DNA of 63,995 nt, the filler included, from Collodictyon triciliatum (taxonomy: Eukaryota): assembly GCA_043381765.1 (NCBI GenBank). It is 15 parts of 15 records of this genome, joined end to end, with 100 filler letters (N's around TTAATTAATTAA, not from the genome) between each part and the next. Parts side by side here need not be neighbours in the genome. Positions count along the whole stretch, not along the records: positions 12,851 to 17,029 come from JBHJMP010006412.1; positions 17,130 to 21,308 come from JBHJMP010006413.1; positions 21,409 to 25,586 come from JBHJMP010006414.1; positions 25,687 to 29,864 come from JBHJMP010006415.1; 11 more parts are not named here. One strand, 5' to 3'. Each line of letters opens with the position of its first letter. Position 1 is the first letter of the stretch. Both the position numbers and the translations under genes were made by a program. Below, piece after piece: positions 13,298 to 26,245 of this stretch. Below the pieces are notes generated by a model. The model searched no databases. It was not told the DNA's origin and was given only the letters and a program-made list of their open reading frames with translations.

Positions 13298-16200
13298 CTA
13301 CTTTGGCAATCGAGAAATGATGTTTGTCATGCGGGGTCCGTCCTCCAATCCAAAATACTTCTCCATCTGGTCTGGTGAAGCATCCAGCAACATCTGCCCC
13401 GTGCATTTGTGCTCGCTTACATTCTTTACCAAGTGGCGAATATCTTGAATTCCAAGCCACATCCCCACCAGTTTCGTAGAGAACAGTGCAAATTCTTGCC
13501 GAGAAGGATTGCGATGCACATCGTGTCGAAGACCACTCGAGGAGGAAGTGCCTGTATCAACGAGGGTCGTCATCTCTTTTTCCCTTGAATTCCCATTGTC
13601 TTTTGCAACATCCAGCATTGAGTTTGTTGATCGATTGTGCTTGAGAAGATTTGACGAGCTCGGAATTTTTTCTTTCATTTCTCGTTCTTTCCCCTTAGAC
13701 TTCTTGTAGTGTTCTATAAGTGTAAAAGTGCATAAATTATTGTCTGGTTCATACAAGTTTTCCGTTTCATATTACCAAAGTGATACGTAATCAAAATATA
13801 ATTCAAATTGACACAATCCAATGGCGAAGATAGGAACCTTTTGCGTCATAGTATTCATTGTCTGGGTCGGTCTCAGAGGCTATGATTTACGGTGCCAATA
13901 GTTAGGAATGTACCTAAAGTAAGATTGAAGAATGTGAAATTATCATGCTAAATATTTTGTTTATTACGTGTTTGGATTCGGATGCATTTATAGACTGATC
14001 TTGATATCCACAGTTGGGTAAACATTCCTCCAGCAATAATAACGGAGCAAAGCCATAGAACATCAACACCAGAACTGATGCACATTCATCATCACATTAG
14101 TTAAAAAAAGCATCCAGATCACCCGAACATGGTCCAAGAGTATATGTCGGAGGATTAAAGCAGGCATTTTATTGATTAAAGCTGGTTGATTTTCTTTTAT
14201 TTTCAAAGAAATAAATAAAAAATAAAAAAATAAAATTGGATAATAGGAAAATTACATCGTCGTTATGCATATACTAGTAACAAAAATGTCATACTCGTCA
14301 GCCACATAATTACAATCACACATATCCTCAATATCATTAATATCTCCTAGATAGCAAATGGCGGTTATTTGGCATTTGAAAATAACTTCATTTTACAGAC
14401 TACTTCATCGTGACTCGGATTTTCCATGCAAAACAAAAATAAGAAGCTATCATTTTAAAAGACTTTAATGATTACGCTGCGTTTGGTTGATGATGACAGC
14501 AACACCCAGCACACATATATCAAGGTCTTGAAGCTATTGCAGTTACAATAAAAAAAATTGTAATTAATATACAGGTATGAAAAAGAAAAAAAGAATAAAT
14601 AGGAAATAATACCATAGGTTCCAATTTGTCCACATTTTCCAAGAGTATCGAAACATTATTCGCTAACACATTTAAATCATTCTGGATGCGAGTCAAATTA
14701 TCCTACATTATTCATTTATGTTTTGGTAAATCTTGTAAGTGTAAAAGAGAAAGGAAGAATCAATTACAAATCATCATGATGGGAGAGTAAGATTTGTCAC
14801 ATCGATAACAGTACCGTAAGTTCTTGGATACTAGTGTATACAGATGTGTTCGTGGCAATTAATTCCAAGGTTGTCGTCTTCATAGTTTCAAGCTGATTTA
14901 TAGTTTCTTGATTTGGGACTCCCGGTAGAGTTTGGGGCTACGTGTATATATATAAATTACATCTGCACTCGAATTTTTTCGTCTTCTTATTAGTTGTCCC
15001 ATTTATTTAATAATCGACATCGCCGAATGTATATAAGGAATCAATATGTACATTCATCGTTGAGATGTTGGATGTCGTGTAGTATGCTTGACAACATGGG
15101 ACGGTAATATTATTGATTTCGTTTATTTCAGATTGAATTGACGTCTCATCAAATCCATAACCTAATTAATTGCCGAGTGATTGCTGTTAGTCTTGCATGT
15201 AATACCATACCAGATATAATGAATCTTTTCAATCATACTTGATGGTGTTAAACTAGGAATGTCGAGATAAAGATTGTATCCAAGTAGTGCGGAAACCTGA
15301 AGAAGAAGGAAAAAAGCAATTCTGAATATTGTTTTCAAGACGTTGGTATTGTAACAACTATTTAGAGGTAAAAAAGGAAAAGGAAAAGGAAAATGAAGAG
15401 TACGATATAAGTAAAATGGAAAGTCCAAGTAATTATAAAGGAAAGATTTCATGTATATTATCGAATAATGTTCTTACGTCATCTGTATATTCTGAAAGCT
15501 TCGTGACATTGTAATCCTTTCTGAATGAGAAATATTGCTCAACATAAGCATCATAATCGAAATAGTTGCTGACCTTTACATTTAATCGCAGCAAATTAAA
15601 TTATTTTCAAAGCCTTTTTTTTACGTACAAAGTAATGGCGTTGGCATATCATATCGAAACTATTTAAAAGAATGAAAGATAATTCGCGAAAAAATTGATT
15701 TTGGAAACCAACAAGAAGTTCGTCATTGTAGCCCAAAGAATCGAATATGCTTTGACGAGCAAAGCATCCTTTAATGGCTTTCCCTAAGTAAAGCATCCAA
15801 TAGAATCATTATGCGATTACTCGAAAAAATAAGAAAGGGACGATAGATGCTGCTCATACCTGGGTCTCCCTTCACATAATCTAATCCCCGAGCAAGGATA
15901 TCGTATGGCTTTTGGATTAAATTTTTTAAAAAATGGTTCATTTAATTTTGAAATAGAATCACGAGTAATATAAAGAAGAAGATATCCTTGAATATATCTT
16001 TGTCTAGTATGGTGTACTGGGTTAAAGTTAAGACAATGAACCACATTCAGACCTCTTCGCAGTAATCAGACATCAAAACGCCAGTTGGAAGGTAGAGAGC
16101 AAATAACAACCACAATAAAATTCCAGAGATGAGGGATATAGTGAATCCTCTACATAAAGGCATAAGAATGTTTTTGATATTTGGAAAAAGTAGAATATGT

Positions 16201-16941
16201 GCGTGAAAGCAAAATATATAATTTCTCGGTTATTCGATTAAAAAGATCAACAGACATTATAATGAGTGGTCTTTTCTTGAAATATAACGCGGCAACTGTG
16301 AGTAAGCACCCGAGCAGCGGCAGAATAAAAATGGATGCGGTTCCTTGAGAACTTTATATTTTAAAATATGGATTAGCTTTAGTATGATTTTCATTATTAT
16401 TACGACTATTATTATTGGTGGTATTATTGTTTTTTATTTATTTATTTATTAGATCCTTTCAAAATAGAAAGTAGTGATTGGTTAATGATATCTACGATGA
16501 TTACTTAATTTCTTGATAGTCCTCAACTTTATCCGTCTCTGAAGTAATTGAAACTTGAATGTCCTTAGATTTCGTCACAACCTAGAATCGAGACGAGGGT
16601 TTAAATGAACAAATATTCAATCCAAAAAAAAATTAAAAATGAAGAAAAGGACCAGAAAACTTAAATATCTGAACATGAGCCATCCTTATGCAAACATTTA
16701 ATCGTATTTTTTCGCTCATTTGAATGAAAAATAAAAGCCATTACTTTTCCGAGCTCATCAGTTATTTCTCCAGTAATGTCATTAATTTCTTCTTTTTTGT
16801 CGTTTATCGTCGTTACCATGTCGTCATAAATCTAGGGCGCATATAGAAATGAGTAAAATAAAATTTCCAGTACTCTTTTCATATTCAAAAATATGTTTTG
16901 CAAACCTCTACGACATTAGTGTTCACTACAACTATGTACGC
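13298..16941 (-). CDS. Prominin/tweety-like multi-pass membrane protein with a C-terminal SAM domain, multi-exon, 5'-partial
   Basis: Spliced: TM IFILPLLGCLLTVAALYF; TM GFTISLISGILLWLLFALYLPTGVLMSDYCEE|PYDIL; AIKGCFARQSIFDSLGY; long loop; DMCDCNYVADEYDIFVTSICITT|ISGVDVLWLCSVIIAGGMFTQLW; tail ends in FSTKLVGMWLGIQDIRHLVKNVSEHKCTGQMLLDASPDQMEKYFGLEDGPRMTNII (SAM pattern). Confidence 0.7.
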
Positions 16942-18481
16942 CTAATCAATAAGTAAAAAAAAAAAAAAAAGTTTTGCATCATCAGAAGGGTTTGTATCGA
17001 ATAATTAATCACAAAAAATATATATTTTTNNNNNNNNNNNNNNNNNNNNNNNNNNNNNNNNNNNNNNNNNNNNTTAATTAATTAANNNNNNNNNNNNNNN
17101 NNNNNNNNNNNNNNNNNNNNNNNNNNNNNTGTTTTGTTTTGTTTTGTTTTGTTTTGTTTTGTTTTGTTTTGTTTTGTTTTGTTTTGTTTTGTTTTGTTTT
17201 GTTTTGTTTTGTTTTGTTTGTTTGTTTCTTTAATTGATTGATTGATTCATTGATTGATTCATTGATTGATTCATTGATCTCACGCGGTTGTGCTTGGAAG
17301 ATGTTCTCGAGTGCGAGTATGTATGTGATTGCGCACAAGGAGAATGACGAACTCGTCCCAAATGAGCGATGTGTTTGGGTGATTCAGGAGGGCAATCAAG
17401 TTACGCTGTAGCCATGGCTGGTATGAATGGAATGCCGTACCGAGGCTGGCGAACCTTGCAACCTCAGATGCATGTGGGTGTTTACTCTTTCTGTAATTTT
17501 GACATCTTGGACTTGCATTCTGCTGTATTGGTTGGGTGACTCTGTTGGTGGGGTGAATTCAATGACACATTTTTGGATTTTTCTGAGATGTTTCACAATA
17601 AACTACTAATTGGTGATAACATCTTTAAATTTTGATTGTTTATTATCATTCATACCAAAATATGTGTAAAATGGTAGAAAATAATATAAATTCCGGATAA
17701 TATAAGACCCATCTCGAGAATGGTATAGGATACACATAAGCGGTGTCCTTGTTTTCTTATCTTAATGCTTCTCGTGATGTCTTTTCACTGTCTCATGCAT
17801 TTGGGAAATCAAAAGATTATCTTTTTATTTTTGAGATTTTGAGATTAGATTTTATCAAAGTTCAAGGTTTTTTTGGGATTCACATGTATAATGGCTTATA
17901 GGGGTTTGGACATCGCCCTTAGGTTGCATGTGCATTGAGGCAAAGTTCACTTCATCTGAGTTGTTTTACATATGAGGTTGATGGTCTTGCCATTTCAATT
18001 GAATCTCCTGCAACCACACGTGACTCAAATCAGGACGTTAAAGCGTTTCCAAGGATTGTGCATGCTAGAATGTTGTGATGTAAACTCCTATGAATACAAT
18101 ATATTTCTGTATTATTTTATATACAAAAAATATTACAATCAAAATAATTGTTGCTGAGCCCCCCGGTTTTATGACTACAAAGGAATATTTTTAACATTTC
18201 TGGGTTTAACCCTTCGTGTGTGCCAGAAAATCGAAACGTCCTAGCCTGTCCATGTACTCATGGTTATAGTCCAATCACAAATATTTTGCGTGGATGAGTA
18301 ATAAAATCATCCTGAAGGATATTATATTTATTACTTGGTGCTTCAAAGCCCCACGAATACAAACCCTTGTTATTATTCTGCATGAGTTTAACTTCTATAT
18401 TTTGTTTTGCATATTCCAGATTCTCTTTCCCTTGCTTTAGTAAGGGGATATAGGAGGTCTCTCTAGTATCGCTGTTTTCAG

Positions 18482-18821
18482 ACCTGCACTGTGTGTTCAT
18501 TCTGCTTCGATTGCCTTCTTTGTGCTTCATACTTTGACATCGTATGTGATGCATCATTTTAGTATCAATCTTCTCTTTATTCTTGTCGACAGTTTGACTA
18601 GGGTTTCTAAGGTTTTGGAGGTTTTCATCCGACCATCGTCTGACTCATTTTTTTTACCAGAGGCCTCGTTTGGTTTCGCAGACAAGGGTGGCTATCCATT
18701 CCAATTAAGCTTTGGAGAATCGTATGTAAACATCTGCTTCTTAAGTACTTGTATTTATGCTCACAAGATATCCGAGCAGTTATCACACAACAATGGTGTT
18801 TCATGAATACCAGACTGATTA
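18482..18821 (+). other. Short spliceable coding-like fragment, possibly a gene remnant
   Basis: Three segments join in frame via two GTATGT...AG introns (…VSKVLEVFIRPSSDSFFLPEASFGFADKGGYPFQLSFGES|YPSSYHTTMVFHEYQTD*) but stop early. No start or family established. Confidence 0.25.
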
Positions 18822-19334
18822 ACAGAACAAGCCCGCCTTTCCGTCTATGCGGACTCTTTCGCTGGATTTGGTTCTGTGCGAGCCGTTTTGGGTTGGACAT
18901 ATCGATTAAGACAACACCCTTCCTAGTGCAAATGCAATATCCGGGTTGTGACACAGGAGCGTGCTTGACCTCAGCATGATCTGTATGGTATGATATATAA
19001 TATATCTTAAGAGATTACTATACATATGTAATGTAAAATTTTATTCACATGTGGATTAAAATGAAATATATTATAATATCCACATCTAGAATACACCGTT
19101 GCAGTCTTTTTCTTCTCATCACAGCCTATGCTTTGATGAATCAGGCGATTGGCTTTGAAGTGAAAGACATGCGGACGCACCGAAGGCTGCGAGTGATAAA
19201 GCTGAAAGACCTTTTCAACCCAACAAAGGCCCGAAGAAGCTCTCGATTCTTACCCTTTCTTGGGACACGTTCATAGAGATCAAGGCGAACGGCAAAACAC
19301 GCCGAAATATCAGTCCAACCTCGAGAAAGTCGAT

Positions 19335-20502
19335 ATGATGCAGCGACTCGATCACCTTGGCCGTGAACGGGTTAGTGGCCTACTTGCAAATCTTTTTCTT
19401 TTCTTTTCTTTTCTTTTTCTTCTTTTCTTTTCTTTTCTTTTTCTTTTACTTTTCTTTTTCTTTTCTTTTTCTTTTCTTTTTCTTTTCTTTTCTTTTTCTT
19501 TTTTTTCTTTTTTTTCTTTTCTTTTCTTTTTCTTTTTCTTTTTCTTTTTCTTTTCTTTTTCTTTTCTTTTCTTTTCTTTTCTTTTCTTTTCTTTTCTTTT
19601 TCTTGGAATCCTCTCTCAAATATTCGGAGACACACATGTTAAACCCTGCTGATCTCCTGTTTGATAGTATTTCATTTCGGCTCTCTATTCATATTCAACT
19701 GCTTTTCTCCGTCGCCCTTGCTTTGCTTTTAACGCTCGTCGGTTGTCTCAATCGCACCAGGCAACATCCTCTGCTTCATCAAACCGTTCTGCAGACCGGG
19801 CAACGACACCGTCTGAACGGAATCGCGGGACTTTATCTACGCATGCTAATACTAATACAAATACCAGTGCTAATGCCTACGCCAATGGGAATGTAAATGT
19901 AAATATAACCATCATAAATACATCAGTATTTCAATTCATACCCTATCAAACACCAGTGTACAACCTATATTCAACGACGTTTATGCCTCTTTTTTGTTTC
20001 GTTTTTTTTTTTTTGAAAACAATACAGAGAACTCAGTTGACTGCATATGACTCTGCACTTGCTGCAATATCACCAAAGTCTGAGATGACGATATCCACAC
20101 GGTCCCATTCGGCCACGCCTGACGGGAGAAAAAGGGCGCAGCCGCACATTCTGATGTCCACCTCGAAGGCTGTTGCCGGCCGTGTCTGTGATCGAATCCA
20201 AATATGATTACACAATGTGTTTTAATGCTTCTAGCCTATTCTGTCGCATATATGTGTGTATATAGATGGAAGTATTCCTATTTTTTTTTCTTTTTGATGT
20301 TTTATTAGCTGCCTCGGTGCAGTGATTGATGCGTGCGGTTTTGCAGGCAACACTGAAAGATACTTTTGAGGCTGGCGTGCTGAAGAAGTCAGAGGAGAAC
20401 GACAAGATGTCGGCCCAACATATTCGGCATATGGAGGATTTGGTAAGTTTTTTTTTTTCATTTTGTCTTGGTGTGTTTTGTGTGGCTATTCATTATAGAT
20501 TT

Positions 20503-20598
<96 letters not shown>

Positions 20599-21194
20599 TT
20601 ATGGACTGTAGACTTTTTATGTAGTGATTGAAAGACGTCATAATTCGATTTATGTGCGTTTGATGGGGTTGTTCATTCATCGTAGATACATCGCATGAAA
20701 AAGAGATATGATGAAGAATCAGCAGCGCATATATCATTGATAAATGAGGCAAAAGATATTGATTCCAGGCTGATGGATGAACAGAGAATAGCCACGGAAC
20801 TGAAAGTACGTATTAATAGCTTTGAACATAAACCAGATTTCATATTGATATTTACCTTTATAAAGCAAAAGAATTTTTCAAATGCTTTGTTTTTTTTTAA
20901 AAAAAATAATTATAATAATACGAATAAGGACCGAAATCAGAGAGTTGAACGTACGAGAATTAAAACTCTAGAAGAGAAGATTAATCAATTGCAAGTCCGA
21001 TTTGAGCAAATGTACTCCTTTTTTCCCATTCAATATCATCCCTTTTGTTCACTAGTGATTTCCTGAATTCGTGTATCGGTGTTCTAAATATTTACCCGTC
21101 GGTGATATGTAGCCAAGCAGATTCAGATTTGATGAAGTCAAATTTGCTTGATATACACGCTAGTAACCGCAGAGTTAATGCAAATATCGAAACG
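19335..21194 (+). CDS. Ser/Thr-rich, coiled-coil protein of unknown function, multi-exon, 3'-partial; start uncertain
   Basis: Exons bounded by AG/GT: SQSHQATSSASSNRS..., ATLKDTFEAGVLKKSEENDKMSAQHIRHMEDL, MKKRYDEESAAHISLINEAKDIDSRLMDEQRIATELK, DRNQRVERTRIKTLEEKINQLQ. Confidence 0.5.
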
Positions 21195-21408
21195 GTGCCT
21201 TTTCTTTTCCTTCTTTTATGTTGTCCTTCCTTTTAACTATTCAAATATTCTTTTCATTTATCATTCTGGCAACTTCAGTAATCCCTTTTTTTTTTTTTTT
21301 TATTAACANNNNNNNNNNNNNNNNNNNNNNNNNNNNNNNNNNNNNNNNNNNNTTAATTAATTAANNNNNNNNNNNNNNNNNNNNNNNNNNNNNNNNNNNN
21401 NNNNNNNN

Positions 21409-21439
<31 letters not shown>

Positions 21440-21831
21440 TTGTCTTTCGTGCCGATAGTTTAAATATTTACCAGCTTTTCCTCGACAAACTAACCTGCCA
21501 TCTCAGCCACAGCGAGAAATAAAAAAAAAAAGACATTCGAAAAACGTGTCAAGAAATAAAGAAATGGTAATTACAATAATAAATAATTAAAAAGACCCAA
21601 AACAAAAATACGCGAGCCAACAGGAGTTTGTCCTTTTCTGTTCAAAGAGAAGAAAGGATGCAAGAATTAAGGCATCAGAGACCCAGTTAACGGTTTGTAG
21701 CTCCTTCCGACTGAGACCTCCGATTTTTTCTCTCATTGTTGTCAAGCGGGCATCAGAATTCCTCAAGGCCCCGGTTCGGCCCCCGCAATAGTTCATCAGA
21801 GAGGTTCGCTCTGTCTGATTGGTTCGCAGAT

Positions 21832-24800
21832 TTATTTGGCACCCTTCTTTGGTTGCTCGGCCTTCTTGGCCGGTTGTTCGGTGGGCTCCTTCGAGTGGCC
21901 ATCGGGAATGTTGAACAGGACTGGCGGCTTGCTTGCGTTGACAAAAGGTACATCAACGATGTAGTAGCCTTTGCGCTCGAGTTGGATGATTTCCCCTGTA
22001 GGAAGAATACCACATGTTTTTTTATTTTTATTTTCATAGTTTCTTGTTTGTTGATTCCAGATTTCATATGTTCTCCGGCACACCATAACCGCGCATCGTT
22101 AAATAAAGTCAATTAAAAAAATAAAAAAGGATAATCAAAGAATAAAAAATAAAATAAAATAAAATGTGATTGCCTTTTTGAAGGTTACGAAGATTCGAAT
22201 CACCGAGCGCTATGGTCTACGATATAAACAACCAGCTGAATAGAATGCATTAAAACGAATCAGTGTGTATACTTCTCTTCTATAAATGAGAACACACCTC
22301 TTTACGGCTGTTAGGGTTGATGAAGTTCAAAAAGTCGTCCTCCTCTTCCAGTTTCTTCTTGGTCATCAAATGGCCGAAGTCAACCAAGACGAGTGAAACA
22401 GAGTCTTCCACATCAGCAACCTTTTTAATTTTTAATTAGGGGAAATAGGGGTTCTTCCTTTGCAAGAGCAGGTAACGTAGTATTAGCAGACAACTAACCC
22501 ATTGAAGTTTCTTTTTTGTGTTCTTGACATTCCCTTCTAAGTTGAGCTTTCCCTGCAGAGAGACAACTTTTCCAGTCTCATCGCGAGTAATTCCAGTCAC
22601 AATCGCATTACCCCAGTCCATCAAAGTCACCTAATCAAGAATACGACTTGAATGAGATAGTTATTTACAAGATAGAATGTCCCATATATATTTGATGATA
22701 TATGAAGTTATCACAAAAAACATTTTTTTCTGTAAATTAAGAGAGCGATAAAATAAGTATGTATCGTGAGTACGAACTACATATATACCTCTTCATTTTG
22801 TACAATTTCACGAGCATCTTCTTGGTCGAGGAACACAGTCTTGAAGTATATTGTCACTTTGTTGCCAACTTCAGGGTTCTTCTTGTGTTTCGGGATTGTT
22901 CTTCCCTCGGGAGTAGCTGGGCCGTCCTCTAAAGTGAGTGGAACCCTAGAATGCTATTCGATTAGTATCACTCATTCCCTTAATTCACCATCCTGCACAA
23001 AATTGAAAGGAAGAATAAAAAAAATCACTCATTCCCTTATACTATTTTTTTTTTTTTTTTGCATATCCACTTAATTCCATAAATATATAGCACGATAGTA
23101 AACTATAAAATACTAACCTATCAGCAGCGTTCACAGCAGAATAGCGGGGGGCAATGGGGTCAATCAAACGCTTATTTATGACCCATAGTTTCTCCCATTC
23201 CATCAAATTCAGATTCTTTGAGGCACCCTGAACAAGGATGAACTGTTTCATGGCCTCAACCAAGAGACCGCGACGAACAAGGCCTAGTGTGAAAAAAAAA
23301 AAAAGCCGCGCTTGATTACAAGTTTAAATTGGACGATAGTATCCGAAGATACCTTCTTATGATTACTTTGTTATTGTTGCTACTGTCAAATATAAACTTA
23401 CCTTGCACAGTTGGGAAACGTGGGTCATTCCATCCCTCCACAAGCTGCTTGTCAACAAACCATTGAAGCTTGCGTTTAGATAGCAGAGTGTAGACGAAAT
23501 TGAGTCGGCTGTAATCCCATATGTGAGGTTTACGAATCTCGCACGCATCAATCATCCAGTAATATTGATCGTTTCGGTCATGATATTCGGACGTGCGCAG
23601 TGCGTGGGTCACGCCTTCAATACTATCGACGATTGGACACGCAAAGTCGTACGTCGGATAGGCCTTGTGCTTTGTCCTACAAGAGTGAGTAGTGTTAAAT
23701 TTTTTTTTATTATTATTGATTATATATATCTCATTCACTTCGTTGTCGAAGCAGGAAGGCTCGGTGGCGATTGCCTAGAAATGTCAGAAAATACAACAAT
23801 CTCAATAGATACCCTGTTCTGTGGTGGGGGTTTAAGTTGCACCGATAGAGAATTGGATCACGAAGGGCTTTGTTCTTTGCCTGCATGTCAATCTTGGCTC
23901 GGAGGCAGCACTCAAGTCCCTGAGAAAGAAAAGTCAGAAATTTCATTTCTCTTCCGTCACAATTATACCACGAAATTACAAAAAAAAAGTTTTGCAAAAA
24001 ATAAAATAAAATGAGATGAGAGTTATTATATTCAGTTTTAATTTTTGGAAGATAAATATGTGAAATAGTACATACTTTTGGAGTTGCTTTCAAAAGCTCC
24101 TCAAAGAGGGCCAAGTTATCTTCAACGGTATTGGCCCTATTCTTAGCCTCAATACCATCCATGCGTTCAGCTCTCAGCTATATCAATCAGGTATGTCAGT
24201 GAATATATAATACATGAAGAAAAAGGGAGAAGGGAAATTAATCAGGGATATTCTACATCTAAATCATTGTACGCTCTTCATTAGCAAATCTTCACTGACC
24301 TTTTCGACGGGTGTGTCATCAACGTAAGCCAGGCCCTTTTTAATAAGCTTGTATGCATATTCAAGTATTACATCAAAGTAGTCAGAAGTATGAGTGACCG
24401 TATCAGGCTTGATTCCAAGGGAGTCCAAGTCAGTAAAAATGTTGTCTACGAATTCGAGCTAGGGGCAGTTAAAGCGATTAATTAGAAGAGAGAGAGAGAG
24501 AGAAAAAAAAGAAGAAGGGGTATTGTAGCTTTCCATCTGTGAATCCAACGCCACAGGATAGGGGACTACTACAAGCAAACAAACCATATTTACCTTCTCT
24601 TTTGAGGGATTCGTGTCATCAAATCGAAGAATCAGTTTTCCATTGAAGTGACGGGCGTAATAATCGTTCAGAAATGCAGCTTTTGCATGCCCGATGTGAA
24701 GGAAACCGCTGGGCTCAGGCGGGAATCTCGTTACAACGTTCCCCTCGGTGGCACCAGGAAGGTCGATATCGAAGGAACCTCCATCCTGCCATATAAATAT

Positions 24801-25368
24801 GTGAAAATGAAAGTGAAAATGGAATAAAAGTTTTTTTTCCTTTATTCGATTCAAAGAAAATGGAATAAAAGTTGAATGTGCTGGCAATGCTTTATCTAGC
24901 TAGTTGAAAGCTTCTCTTGCTGACCTTCTTTTCTTCTCCTTTCGAGACTGTCTGGTCCTTTCCTTCCGTAGAGGAAGAGACCACAGATGATGCAACGGCT
25001 GCAGATGGTTTTTTCTTTCCACTCAATGCGACAGCAAAAGAAGGCTTTGATGATAAAAACTTGAACCAGCGAAGCAAATGCGGGAATGTTGTCTCGTCTT
25101 TTGAAGCACTAGTCCAGTCAGAGTGGTCTAAAAAAACAACACCATACTTTCAATGGCCCAGCATATAGCACCAAAGTGGCATGGTCTAAAATACGTATGC
25201 AACATACACACCATTTAGTGCGCCCCAAATGGACAAGTCAGCAATTGTAGCAGAATGACCAGCGAAGAAAGTACGAAGGGTGAGATGGTTGTCGAGGAAA
25301 TCTGCAGCCTTAAGCAGATTTGCAGCTCCATAAAGTTCAGCCACAGAGTATTCCAACCATTGGTTGAC
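21832..25368 (-). CDS. GUS1: Cytosolic glutamyl-tRNA synthetase (stand-alone GluRS, GST-like N-terminal domain), multi-exon, 5'-partial
   Basis: [21 protein letters not shown] (HIGH motif), [41 protein letters not shown] (KMSKS-like), [22 protein letters not shown]...LFNIPDG, then a stop. Not fused to ProRS. Confidence 0.97.
22983..23023 (+). mobile_element. 41-bp poly(A)-tailed retro-insertion with a 16-bp target-site duplication (in a GluRS intron)
   Basis: ATTCACCATCCTGCACAAAATTGAAAGGAAGAATAAAAAAA is flanked by exact direct repeats ATCACTCATTCCCTTA at 22967-22982 and 23024-23039. Confidence 0.85.
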
Positions 25369-25481
25369 CTATTTAAATGGAAACAGACAGTCGGTGATGA
25401 ATGGCGAAAGTGTTATCAAACATACCACAGCTAAAAGTCCCCAATAAATACATGAATAAACGAGTATACATGGCGGAAGTA

Positions 25482-25556
<75 letters not shown>

Positions 25557-26245
25557 AAACAAAACAAAAACAAAACAAAAACAAAANNNNNNNNNNNNNN
25601 NNNNNNNNNNNNNNNNNNNNNNNNNNNNNNTTAATTAATTAANNNNNNNNNNNNNNNNNNNNNNNNNNNNNNNNNNNNNNNNNNNNAAAAAAGAAAAAAA
25701 GAAAAAAAGAAAAAAAGAAAAAAAGAAAAAAAGAAAAAAAGAAAAAAAGAAAAAAAGAAAAAAAGAAAAAAAAAGAAAAAGGTAAAGAAAAAGGTAAAGA
25801 AAAAGAAGAAAAAGAAGAAAAAGAAGAAAAAGAAGAAAAAGAAGAAAAAGAAGAAAAAGAGAAAGAATAAGAGAAAGACAGCGTGTATATGTATATTTCA
25901 CAAGCACGTTTTCCATCTGCTGTTGGAATGCAGCTGTTGTTTGGATGCTTCTTGTGAGTATCATACTAGCAAATAAATATTACCGGAATAAAACAGGACA
26001 AATCGGGACATGAAAAAATGCGAAAAAGCTTGCTTTAACATGAAATGACAATTGTGGTGATGAAGAAGAAAAAAGAACAAGAGCATGAAATGAGCCACGG
26101 CGATTGGGTTAGGAAGGCTCACCACGATATGAGTTTATGGGACTATTCTGGTAGGTCGGCAAGTAAAGTAGAACATGGCCCTTCCACCTTGATTACGGTG
26201 TGGGTGGACAACATCCTGACATGATGAAGAAATATAACTGCGTCG

